Below are positions 13,088-24,600 of a stretch of 64,000 bases of DNA, piece after piece. Position numbers and translations under genes: made by a program. Where the stretch lies: positions 434,001 to 498,000 of the forward strand of contig NW_026250408.1 in NCBI RefSeq assembly GCF_024521635.1, given 5' to 3'. The notes below the pieces were generated by a model. That model ran no database searches. It worked only from the letters and a program-made list of their open reading frames with translations, and was not told the DNA's origin. This DNA is from Tricharina praecox (taxonomy: Eukaryota). Position 1 is the stretch's first letter, and each line of letters opens with the position of its first letter.

Positions 13088-13867
13088 ATGCCGCCCCGTC
13101 TCCGTCTCCACGCACCGCGCCTTCCGCAAGCCCGCAGCTTCGTCTCCCACTCGCACCCGACGGCAGCCACAGATGCATACACACCGCTGGAGTCAACGCT
13201 CCTCACCACAGCGCTGACGCACGTTCCCACTTACGGCTTCACGAGCACCAGCCTCCTGCACTCTCTGCGGCGACACGGGTACCCCGACACAAGCCTCGCA
13301 CTGTTCCCACGGGGGGCGTTCTCACTGGTACAATGGCACCTGGTATCTCAGCGGGCGGCCCTCGCTCGCTCCGACACTCCCACCCCCGGATCTCCACCGG
13401 GCATCCGCGACTTGATCGTAGCGCGGCTGCGCGGTAACATCGAGGTCCTGCCGCGCTGGCAGGAGGCCCTCGCGATCATGTCGCTCGGCGAGAATATCCC
13501 CGAGAGCGTCCGCGAGCTCGCAAGGCTCAGCGACGATATCGTTTTCCTGTCGGGTGATACCCATGTCGATACTAGGTGGTACTCGCGCAGGGCGGTGGTC
13601 GCTGCGGTTTACGCTTCCGCTGGTAGGTTTCCCCCGATAGTGCTCTGTGGTTCTGTGGGCTGGGCTGAGTTGACATGTGATGTGGCAGAGCTGTTCATGA
13701 CTACGGATCGGTCGCCCGAGTTTAGGGATACGTGGGAGTTTGTGGACAGACGGCTACGAGATGTGGACGTGGCCACTGGCGTGGCGGAGGGGGTGGTGGG
13801 GTATTTGGGATTCACGGCGAGGGCGGCAATCAATGTGGCGAGGTCGAAGAATGTTCTCGGGTTTTGA
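13088..13867 (+). CDS. COQ9: Ubiquinone biosynthesis protein Coq9 (one intron at ~13623-13688)
   Basis: Arg-rich presequence, ALTHVPTYGFT, RWQEALAIMS, LARLSDDIVFLSGD..VDTRWYSRR, ELFMTTDRSPEFRDTWEFVDRRL. Confidence 0.92.
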   Translation: MPPRLRLHAPRLPQARSFVSHSHPTAATDAYTPLESTLLTTALTHVPTYGFTSTSLLHSLRRHGYPDTSLALFPRGAFSLVQWHLVSQRAALARSDTPTPGSPPGIRDLIVARLRGNIEVLPRWQEALAIMSLGENIPESVRELARLSDDIVFLSGDTHVDTRWYSRRAVVAAVYASAGRFPPIVLCGSVGWAELTCDVAELFMTTDRSPEFRDTWEFVDRRLRDVDVATGVAEGVVGYLGFTARAAINVARSKNVLGF

Positions 13868-14333
13868 GCTGGTATTGGGGCTGTACATATGATGGCGTGG
13901 AATATGAAGACAGGAGAAATGGATTTAACTCTTGCACAGATTGTGTAGGTAGATGCAGCGCCAAAACGATCTCGCAACGCCTTCATTCATTCGTTTGTGA
14001 TCTCGACTCTCGAGATGCGTGCCTACACACGGCCACGGCTATCCAATCAACCGTCAACCGCCAGACAAAAACCCACCACGCAATCCATAGACTCCGCTCC
14101 GATATGCAACTCGACAGATAGAAGAGAGATAATGAAACCAAAATAGCAACAGAAACAGAACGGAGTGCACCTCAATCAAGGTGTAGGCAAAACAGCAAAA
14201 ATATATAGCAGAGTAAATGACACCGCCAGCAAGCAACAAACGAAACCGCAAAGGAAAGGGGGCATTCGAGAAAAATATATCGCCCATAGAGATCCGAAAG
14301 ATCGTCACAAACGGAAACACAACCGTCCATACA

Positions 14334-15667
14334 TCAAGCCAACAACTCCTCCGCAAACCCATCAAGCGGCACAAACCTGAACTTGCCCTTCCACTTCTTC
14401 AAAAACGCCTTATCCCTATAGAACCCGCTCAGGTTCTTCTTCCAGCTGACGAGTTCGACCGTCCATCCCCTTATAAGGCATCTCTCGATGACCCTGAAGA
14501 ATCCTGGACTGTACTCTCCGGCGGCCCCGTCTCCGGAGGCCAACACAATCGTGCCTGGCTTATAATCCAGCACGCTTTCCAATATCTTCAGGTGGCAGAT
14601 CTCGTCTACCGCCTGCTCCACCTTGCGACGCTTGCTCGTCGCCGACTCGGAGCCCGACGAGGCGGATCCTGTGTTCCGCTCTTTCTCGACGCGCTCGAGA
14701 ATACTCGTTTCGTAGGATAGCTCGCGCGCCTCGAGGATCACCGGTGTTATCGGCGAGCTCCCGACGAGGACTTTTTTGGCCGTGGGACGGCCGCGTTCCA
14801 GGATCAAAGATAACCCGTGAAAGCTGAATGGTGGTCGCCGAACGGACTCGTTCTTGCTGAAGCCTCGCAGCTTCTTCATGTGGTCGTAGAAACCGATTAG
14901 AACCTAGTCTCTGTTTCAGTTGTGTCCAATAGCAGGGGATGAGTAGGAGGACTAACGTTACTGTTATCGATAAACACATGTACCCCCCCTTTCACCACCA
15001 CCCCCGTCCCAGTGGGTTTCAGCAGCCCTCCACGATCCTCGGGGAACATGGCCAGGAGCTTCTGTATGATGCTCTTCTTCCTCTGCTCCGATGTGAGAGC
15101 AGGCATTATCATCGGTCGTGACGCATGCTTGACGAAAGCTTTCACGCCGGTGCAGGTCTTGTCGTCCAGCGCAGTTTTCAAGCCCGTGGCAGACGTAAAT
15201 GCGGCTGATGCAGTGTTGATGTCTTCATCCGAGAACCCGACTGCGGACGCGAACGTTACCACGCGTCGCGGCTTGCTGGGCGAGCCCGACGAGCGGAGAA
15301 TGGGGTATTCCGGTTTCGAGGGCGTGAGCGGCGCGAATGTATAGCTGTCGGTGTCGTTATTGGGAGTGCGGTGGCGGGTCGTGAATATAGTCGGCGTGGT
15401 AGAGGGCTCGGAGATTGGTGCGCCAACGCGACTCCCGGCGGTGGCGGCAGGCACGCTCGATCCCAGGAAGTGCCATATCGCGGCGAAATCGCCCAGCTGT
15501 CGGGAGCTGTCCGTGTCCTTGCTCTTCTTGTTGCTCTCGCCACTCGGGACAGGGAATAGCGACTCCTGGTCACAACTGGTGCCCGCGGTGGAGGGTGTTC
15601 TGCTCGAGTTCGGCGGGAGAACCTGCAGCAGGCCTATTACCGGCGATAGATCAAAGCTGGTACTCAT
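14334..15667 (-). CDS. NYN/LabA-like PIN-fold domain protein with low-complexity N-terminus (one intron at ~14904-14978)
   Basis: VHVFIDNSN|VLIGF, EQAVDEICHLKILES, TIVLASGDG..GEYSPGF, GWTVELVSW: the acidic motifs of NYN/DUF88-like PIN nucleases. Confidence 0.8.
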
Positions 15668-17765
15668 GAAAGGGTGTCTGTCCGTCGTGTTATCTCGGTG
15701 TGGAAAGTAGTGGTTCGTCGTTCATCTGAAGTCGTCACCCAGGATGAGAGTGTGACAGAGCTCGAATATGTACTACCTAGCACCGTTGCTGTTGCCCATG
15801 ATAGGCGGGGCTAGGCGAAGTTGAGTAAGCTGGCTTCATGAATGATCACTTGGCGCTCTGGACCACGTAGTCGCGCGGTAACTGGTGGGCCTTGGGAATC
15901 GTTTTTCTCTAGGGGCCGTGAAGACTCTTGAAAAGCAGATCGGTCCGGTGGAGAGAAATGTTGAGACATCCCGTGTTCCGGTGCGGCGTGGTGCGGCGTA
16001 GCGCAGTGGTGGCGCAGTGATGGCACAGTGATGGCCCATATGATCATCCGCTGGTGGCGCCAAAGTGGAGTCCCTTCTCCAGCTCACAATCAATGTTTCT
16101 ATGAACATCCTGTTGTTCTATCCTCTATCTGCAATGTTTCCGGGCATATTGACCATGTAAAGTTTGCATTTGGACATGCCGGAGTTTCAGATCCTGTTTT
16201 TAGGCATCATACTCCGGGAAATTCAGTTCAAACGGCGGACGGCAGGAATACCGGGACCGCGGGGATGTGGCAACTTCGGAGTCCTGAGACGGAAAGTGAT
16301 ACCGACTCGAGTAAGCACCCGCGGAGGCAATTTTGTCTTCGTCCACGATGGGAAATTCTGACCTCATTGAAGCTTAATTTGCACCTGGAGTTTAATTCTC
16401 CATATGTACTCCTACTCCAGCTTTCGCAGGTTTGGGCTTTGAACGGCTACACGGTTTTCGGCGGACAAAAAACCGGCCTTTTCGTTCAATCCAGAGCTTA
16501 TCAAACCTCGCCAAAGGCAATGGATTATGGAAGTCGTGGCAAAAGAGCCACAAGAGCTTTGGCCAGCGCCACACTCGCATGTGCTTTGCTCCTTCGATAC
16601 CCCGCCGGCCACGCCTCATGGAGCTCAGCTGGCTGGCTGGCTGTCGGTTATGGCTAGCTAAACCTACGTCCCTCTTTAGCATAACCGTTCCTCGATAGTT
16701 ACTCCATATGCATTGATCGTCCGGGTTATTGATGTTTGCGTTTATCAAAGTTCAAACGTTTGCGAGATACCTACGGCAGGTATTGGTGTGGATCCAGCGT
16801 CCACCGCCTCGTCGATTCAACGCGCATGTAGGTATTTGCGGATATCCATCCGCGGCTCTCCACGATCGCCTAGGCCATCTGGACTTGTCGGACATGCACA
16901 TCGAGTTCAAGCCGCCGCTCGGAATTTCCACTCTTGGAGTCTAGCCAGCGTCGGTACCGGTGGTACCGTAGGAACCATTGATCTCGATGCTCCCGCAGCT
17001 CCACGCCGTGGGGAAAAACATTACGATCATGATGATTCCTATTATGTGCGACCTTCTCTAGATCATGGGGAATTACACTGCAAACTCCTAGTCCTATCGG
17101 GGAAAACAACTATGGTTTCAACTTCCGATGCCTCCCCCACCACACACTACCGAGTGACATCCCATGAGTTTCCACTATCCGTGATCTCCATCCAGCAACG
17201 TGCACCCCCAACCCTACCTATCGCCAACTCCAAACAACTTCCAAGGCCACTGCTCCACTGCCCCAGCACTCCATGCGGGAGAAAAACGCGCACGGAGAGG
17301 ATCAATCCGTCCCGCATGATCATGATCATCAGCATCGAAAGCGAGCTCGAGAGTCGAGACGGTTGCGGCCGACGACGATCATATACGTCATCGAGATGTC
17401 ATGGATCGTCAAGGCCACCACCACCACCACCACCAACGGACAGCCCTATGTCGAAGTCCGGTATTTTGTACGCTACATACCCCGGACTTTCAGTGTTGCG
17501 GTCGAGATCTGGGGGCAGGACTGGAGTAGAGTAGGGCGGACGCGTGCGTAGAAGCCATATGTGTGGAGGGGGAGAGGGGGATTGTCGATTCCGCCCAATC
17601 GAACGGAATCGTGTGAGTATAAGAAACGCTCATCCCGCTGCTGCTTCTTTGGCTTTTCGTCCAGACACTTTCACATCCACTCTCACATCCCCCACAAACA
17701 TCCACACAAACCCACTCGAAGCCCCCCCCCCCCCCCCCCCCCACAAAAACCACCAGCCCCTCAAA

Positions 17766-18079
17766 ATGTCCGACAACATGCGCAAAGACTTCAGCGACCG
17801 TGCGCAGGAGAAGGTGACGCCCGACTCTTCGAAGAGCACCATGGACAAGGCCAAAGAGAGCGTTACCGACACTGCCGACAGTGCGTCTCTCATACCTGTT
17901 ACCGTTGGGTGAATGCAGTGGGTGGGTGCTGACGCACGATACTTAACTAACTAGGGGCCGCTGGAGAACTCCAGTCCGATAGCTCAAAGAGCACCACCCA
18001 GAAGGGATTCGATAAGTCCCGCCGCGAGAAGGAGTCCATGGCCGATAAGGCGAAGCATGCGATGGGGATGGATAAGTAG
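17766..18079 (+). CDS. HSP12: Heat shock protein Hsp9/Hsp12 family (one intron, 17881-17953)
   Basis: MSDNMRKDFSDRAQEKVTPDSSKSTMDKAKESVTDTADR|AAGELQSDSSKSTTQKGFD...; TATA-like TATAAG at 17618 and AGGGG (STRE-like) motifs upstream. Confidence 0.92.
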
Positions 18080-21000
18080 GAATAACTAGGCTTAGGCTCA
18101 GATTGACGGGTTTCTTTTTTTGGTTTGTTTGCTGTTATTGCACTGAACTTGGAATTTGGGATATGGATCATGAATTATGGAATGTGGGATATGTACGGAA
18201 AGTGAAAATTGATTTTGTTTCCTTAACGATTGGGAATTTGGGAGTGCTGTGAAAGTGAAAGTGAAGATGACATGACCTGCCAAAACCGCTACGGACAGAC
18301 TCCGTGTATGTACGTACGGTAATGGGGTCCGGTATGTATATCATGACTATCCCGGATTACTCACTATTGCGGTCGAAATCCGGGGCTGAACTGGGGCGTG
18401 GGCATGTTGCGTGGAAGCCACAGCGCCTCAAGGTGTCTGTCTGGTTGGGGGCCGGTCGTGTATAAACCATATGATCGGGGGTTATAAATTAGGTATAAGA
18501 TACGAAATATGAAGGTTGGTGGGTTCCCTGATGATCGGGAGTGGAGATATCATGATTCATGGCCGGCAGCTTCCTCTGTTGAGAGCACGGGTCTCTATGT
18601 AGCCAAAATCTGCCATAGATCGGATCTGCTCTACATAGGAGGCAACGCACTGCAAGAAACCCCATACACAGTGTTCGGGGTATCTTTCCGGCAGTGGTTC
18701 AAACCTTTTGTCCACTGATTTTCTTGATTATGTACCTTACCTATGATCCTCTGCAGGCTTATATCCACTGAGTATTTCTACCGCATCTATCATCGGGTAC
18801 TGTTGATAACTTGATAATATGCGTCCTATTGCCTACCAATTCCGGTGTCACTTGTACATACTTTTCTCCGCCCTCTGTCCCTTTGCATTATCGCATACCT
18901 ACGCAACCTTCATGGCTTCTTACTTATGTAGCATTGTCCCTGGCTTCTCACCAGAATATAGGTACAGTACATAATAAGCCTCTTCAGGCCCCCAGCCCCA
19001 GCCCGATTCCCTTTACTATATGAGCAGTCTCCTTTCTCGTCTTTTGTCTTTCTCATCTTTCTCATCTTTCTCGTCTTTCCCGTAGATATCATTGCATCAC
19101 TCAAGTCAACTCAAGTACTTCTCTCTCCCAGTTTCAACTTTCAACAGGTTATGAGCCCGCGCTCGCCGCTCATAGGTGCATAACCTGTTGTTGATACCTA
19201 CTCTGTCTTTCTTGAGACGACACGTGCAGTCGACAGTGGTACTTATGGTTGTCCATTTTGAAATTAGTGCATCGATTGAACAGACTGCAAAATGGATAAC
19301 CATAAGCACCGCTGCCGACTGCACGCTTCGTTCAAGACTTCTGAAAATATCAACAGGTAACGAAGCTGAAGTTGTGGCGAGTGAGATACCATGAATACGC
19401 ATGCCGAACGTAGGTATTTGACCATGGGGAAGTGTTAGTTGTTAGAAAGTACGAATGAATTGCAAGAATCCGAGGCCTCGAGCGGGCATATGTACAAGAA
19501 GGCTATAAGCTGGCCAGTGCCCGCTGCCGTCGTCATAGCCAAGTAACCGCCTACCTATGCAACTACTACGCAACGAATGACTCAATAGGTATTGCAACAT
19601 TGGTTAATTAACCGCCATGCCTACCGGCGTGGAATATGAGAGGGTAACTAAGGCCGTGTTCAGTACTCGTGATCCATTGGTTAATTGAATTGAAAGGTTT
19701 GTTTTTCACGGCCTTCGTTGTCATGGCATGCAACAACTGGCTACATATACCTACCGCGATGGATTCACATACTGCCAGCACTATCTCCATGCCGACCTCG
19801 GAGAAGGCTAAGAACGGAACCCGCGAGGCGAGTCGAGGCGAGTCGAGGCGAAGCGTTGGCAACTTGGCATGTCTCGAACCGACGAGACGGCCACGGTTTC
19901 CAAACGTGAGAGCAACCGCTTCGAGAGGCGGCAGAGGGTTGTCTCGTTGTCTCGCGACGTCCTGCCCGCCTTTTCGAGAGGCAGCACGGGGGTGGGTGAA
20001 GGTGGCCAGCTTGCTGGCTGGTTTTCGAAGACGATGCTTTTGAGTCTTAACGGCAGCATGAGTAGAGGGGTGGGAAGTGGGGCTGCTTGATATCGATGTC
20101 GATATTCCTTATGGCCGTCCCGTGATTTTCCATCTTCGGGTTCCGGTTTTGGCACGGGCATTCACCACGAGTGTGTGTGTACATAGTAAAATCGGATCCA
20201 GAGGGCTCTCGAAGCACAACAGTAACAGAACATTCCCGATATCGATGGCCTGTACCGTAGTGGAGTATATGTAGCGTTTTTGACATTAGGATTCGGCGTA
20301 CGTATGATGAGCATAGGTGGGTAAATAATTGGGTACATATTAGAGTCGAGCTGGTGCACCCGAAGCCCAAATCACAGGAAACGTCCTCGATGTCCTCATG
20401 TATAGGTGGTACTTACCGTTTCCAGCCAAGCCAACTCAATTGCGATTGCGAGCTTTTAACAGGACATGCACAACGTAATTGCATGCAGCGAGTGAGCCGT
20501 GCCGCACCGCAGCGGGTCGTTCGGGACCAGTATGTAAGCATAGTACTTGCCTACATGTTGTGCATTCGCATTTCAACGTGGGGGTCGCCGATGTCGCACA
20601 CGGTGTCACTCGGCATCGGCATGTGAAAGGCAACAATAGCAGTTGGTTATCTATCGGGTTGATCCGTCTGTGTGTCGCTTCCGCTCGCGGTTTGCTCTGT
20701 CCCTCTGATTTGCGTTTCAGGGAGCGAGGCTGTGGGCCCCGAGAACTCGAGAACTCAAGAACATGCTCCAACTCATATGTAGCATGGCTGGGAAGGTTCG
20801 GCTCGCGCGCTGCGGGCGGTCAAAAGCGAATTCCGGTGACTAAAGAGGTGGGCGCTATGCCATTCGCAGAATGGCGAGCAAGAGGCGGGCCCTTTGCCCT
20901 TGTCCTTGTTTCTTTCCGTTCTGCTCCAGCAGACGTCTCAGCCTTGCCGCTCAAACGCTGGCCTGCTCCGTGTCCTGATCTTCATTCTCCCACGGCCAAC

Positions 21001-21662
21001 TTCCTCGTTTGGATGCAGCCGGTCTCTTTTTCCTTTCCTTCCTTTCCTTCCTTTCCCTCTCTCTTTCGATCCCTCCCTCCGTCCCCTCTCCTCCAACCGC
21101 TAACGCTGGACTTTGCAAGCATCAACCGCAGAGGACACGACATCCATATCGATATATCATCACCCACCCCGTCCCGGTCCCCCCCCACCACCCTCAGTGC
21201 TCACCCCACCCCCTCCACCAAAAATAAATAAAGAAAATCCCGAAAGAAGGGACTGACCGACCCGCCTCTCCTTCGCTCTGTCTGCCTGCCGAGAAAGGCG
21301 TGCTGTTTACTCCATCCAGCCTCCCCCCTTCCCCCAAGAAGAAATCATCCACCCTTGCCTGCTTGCCAGCCTCCTATCGTATCGCGGCAAACGTTCAACA
21401 TTTCCTCTGCATCCCATTCGCTCGCTCCTTCCCTCCATCACTCGTCACAAAAAAAAACCACACACACAAGTCCGCACGCGCAACTCACCACCACCACCAC
21501 CAGCACCAGCACCAGCACCACCATAACACTTACAGCACGGATACATAAGGGGGGCTCCGCACCTTGCATATCTACCCGCCCGCTCCCTGACTCTCTCCTC
21601 CGAGTGATTCTCTCTCTCTCTCTCTCTCCTCCTAGCTTCAAAGACAACAGGAGTGAGCTTCT

Positions 21663-24600
21663 ATGGGTCTGCTGCTCCCAACCAATACTTCTTACATCTG
21701 AACCACCACCTCGCTTTTTTTATATATATACATATACATCTACCCTTTGCCCTTCTCAGCAGACAAACCCGGTCCTCACTCCCCCGTACTCTCAGTCAAA
21801 GCTAACCAGCGGCGCTCTGTTGATCGTCATACGCAGACAACGTCAGTGATTCCCACCGTCGTGGAGGTGGAGGTGGAGGAGGCTTCGTAGACGGCGCTCG
21901 TTCGTTCGATAATGTGAGTACTACCGTTCCGAGGAGATGGTTGTCTCGAGTCCATTCATCTTCCCTTCTGTTCTCTTCTCTTCTCTACTTTTTCTTTTTT
22001 CTTCTTTTGCGGTGGAGGGGTGCACTGCGCATTCGATTGCGGGCTTTCCGGTCACACTGAGCATACACATTTTGTGGTGGTGGCGGCGCTGGGCTGTGAC
22101 CTGCGCGCTGAGATATTCCCTCAAACTCCGATCACTGGCACTGGCACTGGCACTATTCCCACGGCGGCAACATTGTTTGGGCTCCGGTCGGAGCTGGGAA
22201 GCATGGCGGGGCAACACCAGCTGGCGAGAGACGGAAAGACGGGGGAGCAGAAGCAAGCAAGCAGACAGAGAGAGCAAGCAGCCAGGACAGCGGAGAACCG
22301 AGATGGCGGAGAGCTCGGAGGAAAGCGAGCAAGACAAGAGATACCCATCACGGGCCACGACTCGCTATCTTTGTTACTACTTCCATCAATACCGATTACC
22401 AACCCTTTCCCGAGCATTCGAGTTTGCGTTGTTTGATTCAATTATCCCATCTTTTTCCTGTCGGCCACACTCTGCACATTGCCCATCTCATCCGCCACGT
22501 CATCTCCATCGTTTCTGCATCGATCAAGCAATCAATCAATCAATCAATCAATTCGTCCGTCGGAGATGGCAGGAGAGATGGATTGGATTGACTGGATTGA
22601 CTGGATTGACTGGATTGATCGTGTCGGACGGATGGCGATGTGACGGTGAGACTCGAGCTCCCCACATTCTTTTTCCCCATCCCTCTGGAGAGGTGTCTGC
22701 CGCAGACGCAGAGTGGAGTACAGCACTCTATCTGTTCTGCTCCGCTTCCTCCCCCATCCGCACCGCACCGCAATCACCTTTTCTCTCCCTGGCTGCAGTT
22801 AATCTACCCATGTATCCGCCTGCCTATCTTCCCCCCTCCAGTGCTATCGAACTTCCGCCACCGGTATTCCCTGCTCGTCCGCCCGCGTGGTGTGTGGTGT
22901 GTGGTGTGTTGTTGTTTTTGTTGTTGGCGATGCTGTTGTTTCGTTTCCGTCCCCTCGCGCCCTCCCCTCCACCCCCACCTTTGCCCATGCGAAAGCGGAA
23001 GGTAGTAGAGTGGTCGGTGCTGTCGCAACCAGCTGGAGATGACCCCAGCCATCGAGCGCCGTCGAGTCGTCCCACCTGCGGACTCGACATTTCCCCTCGT
23101 GCGTATGCGGGAATGCCGGGCAGCAGGAAAAAGGTGTGCTTCTAAGTACTGCTGCACGCGATATCCCTCACGCATCACCATCATTATCACCATCACCATC
23201 TCTATTATCGTCTTTTACTTCACTCAAGACTTGTGGGATTGGTGGGGAACGTATGGATGGGCGATTGAAAGTTGATACTTCATGCCTCTGATTGATGTTG
23301 TCACTCGATCTGCTCGATCCGTATGTTCCTCACGGCACCCTGTCGTTGCCGTGTTGTCGTTGCCGTTGTTGTTGCCGCTTGTTCGTTCGTTCGCATCTCC
23401 TGCTTGCTCGTGCTGTGATGGTTGCTACTGCGGCTGTTGTTGCTGCTGCTCTGTCTGCTTCTGTCTGCCTCGTTCGCGCTGGTTCGACCCTCGTCCGCTC
23501 TTGCCTCGTTTGCCTCGACTGATCGAGGCCGTTGAATAATTGTTCCCCCACACTCGTGTGTGTGTATCTCTGCCCTAGATATGCCACTCCGAGTTGTTTC
23601 GTCGTCTTCTCCCGTCGACATCCCTCCTCTTCTTGTTTCCTTCCCTCTCCCTCCTCTCCCCCCGCCCGTACTCTGTCGTCGAGTGTCTTGCCGTCGTCGC
23701 TTGCTCCCATCACACTCCACTAATCCTCGGCCACTACTTCCTACACTTGCTAAGTCCCGTAATACCCACCCCCCTCCACCCCCCCTCCCCTCCCCACATC
23801 TTTCTATCAATCCCGCCCTCGCCGCTGCTTCTGCTACTGCTGCTGCCTGTCGCCCTGTCACTCTGCCAACCCAACCCCCCCCCCCCCCCCCCCAATACCC
23901 ACACCACATCACACTGTTTCCTACCCCCCAACACACGCACCCTTCCACCACACACACCAACTACCCTTCCCCACCCACCCCCAATCCTAACCCTCTCCCC
24001 ACCCTCCACCCCCCAAGTCCTTCCTCTTCGCTTTTTTAGGCGCCGATCACACCCGCTGATGGACCACCCCTCTTTGACACACTCTCAGCGCGATAGATCC
24101 CGTTCTCCGCGTCGTCGCTCTCCAGATAACTCTCACCATCATCGTGATCGCGCAAGGTCACCTCGCAGCCCTCGCCACTCCCGTCGGAGATCCTACTCAC
24201 CTCGAAGCAGATCAAGAAGTCGGGACGAATACCACAGCAGCAGCAACAGAAGGCGACCGAGTCGCTCACCAGCACCGAGCGGAGGATTAGGTGGTCAAGG
24301 CTTAGGAGGAGCATCATACGCAGGTTCAACTTCCGGCTATCTTGGTGGTTCTGTTTCGGGTGGTGGTGTTGTTGGTGAACCTCGTCGCTCAACGGAAGAT
24401 CGCACTGCAGCAAAGGACGCTATGATGCAGAGTCTTCGTGATAGCTCTCAGCAGGACCGTCGGGTCTACGTCGGAAATCTCTCTTACGATGTCAAGTGGC
24501 ATCACCTCAAGGACTTTATGAGACAGGGTGGGTCAATTCGTTTCTTTTCTCTCTTCGCTGTGCTTTTTCTCTCCTCGCGTTCCGGCGACGTTTCCTGATC

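Noticed and set aside
16028..17534. Long ORFs upstream of HSP12 (209 aa, 273 aa)
   Set aside because: No recognisable motifs or consistent exon structure; may be decayed sequence.
19100..20700. ORFs and CGAG-rich stretches as transposon remnants
   Set aside because: No convincing TIR/TSD pair or transposase motif found by eye.
21937..23145. 402-aa ORF
   Set aside because: Low-complexity, microsatellite-derived translation with no domain; lies inside the predicted GBP2 intron.
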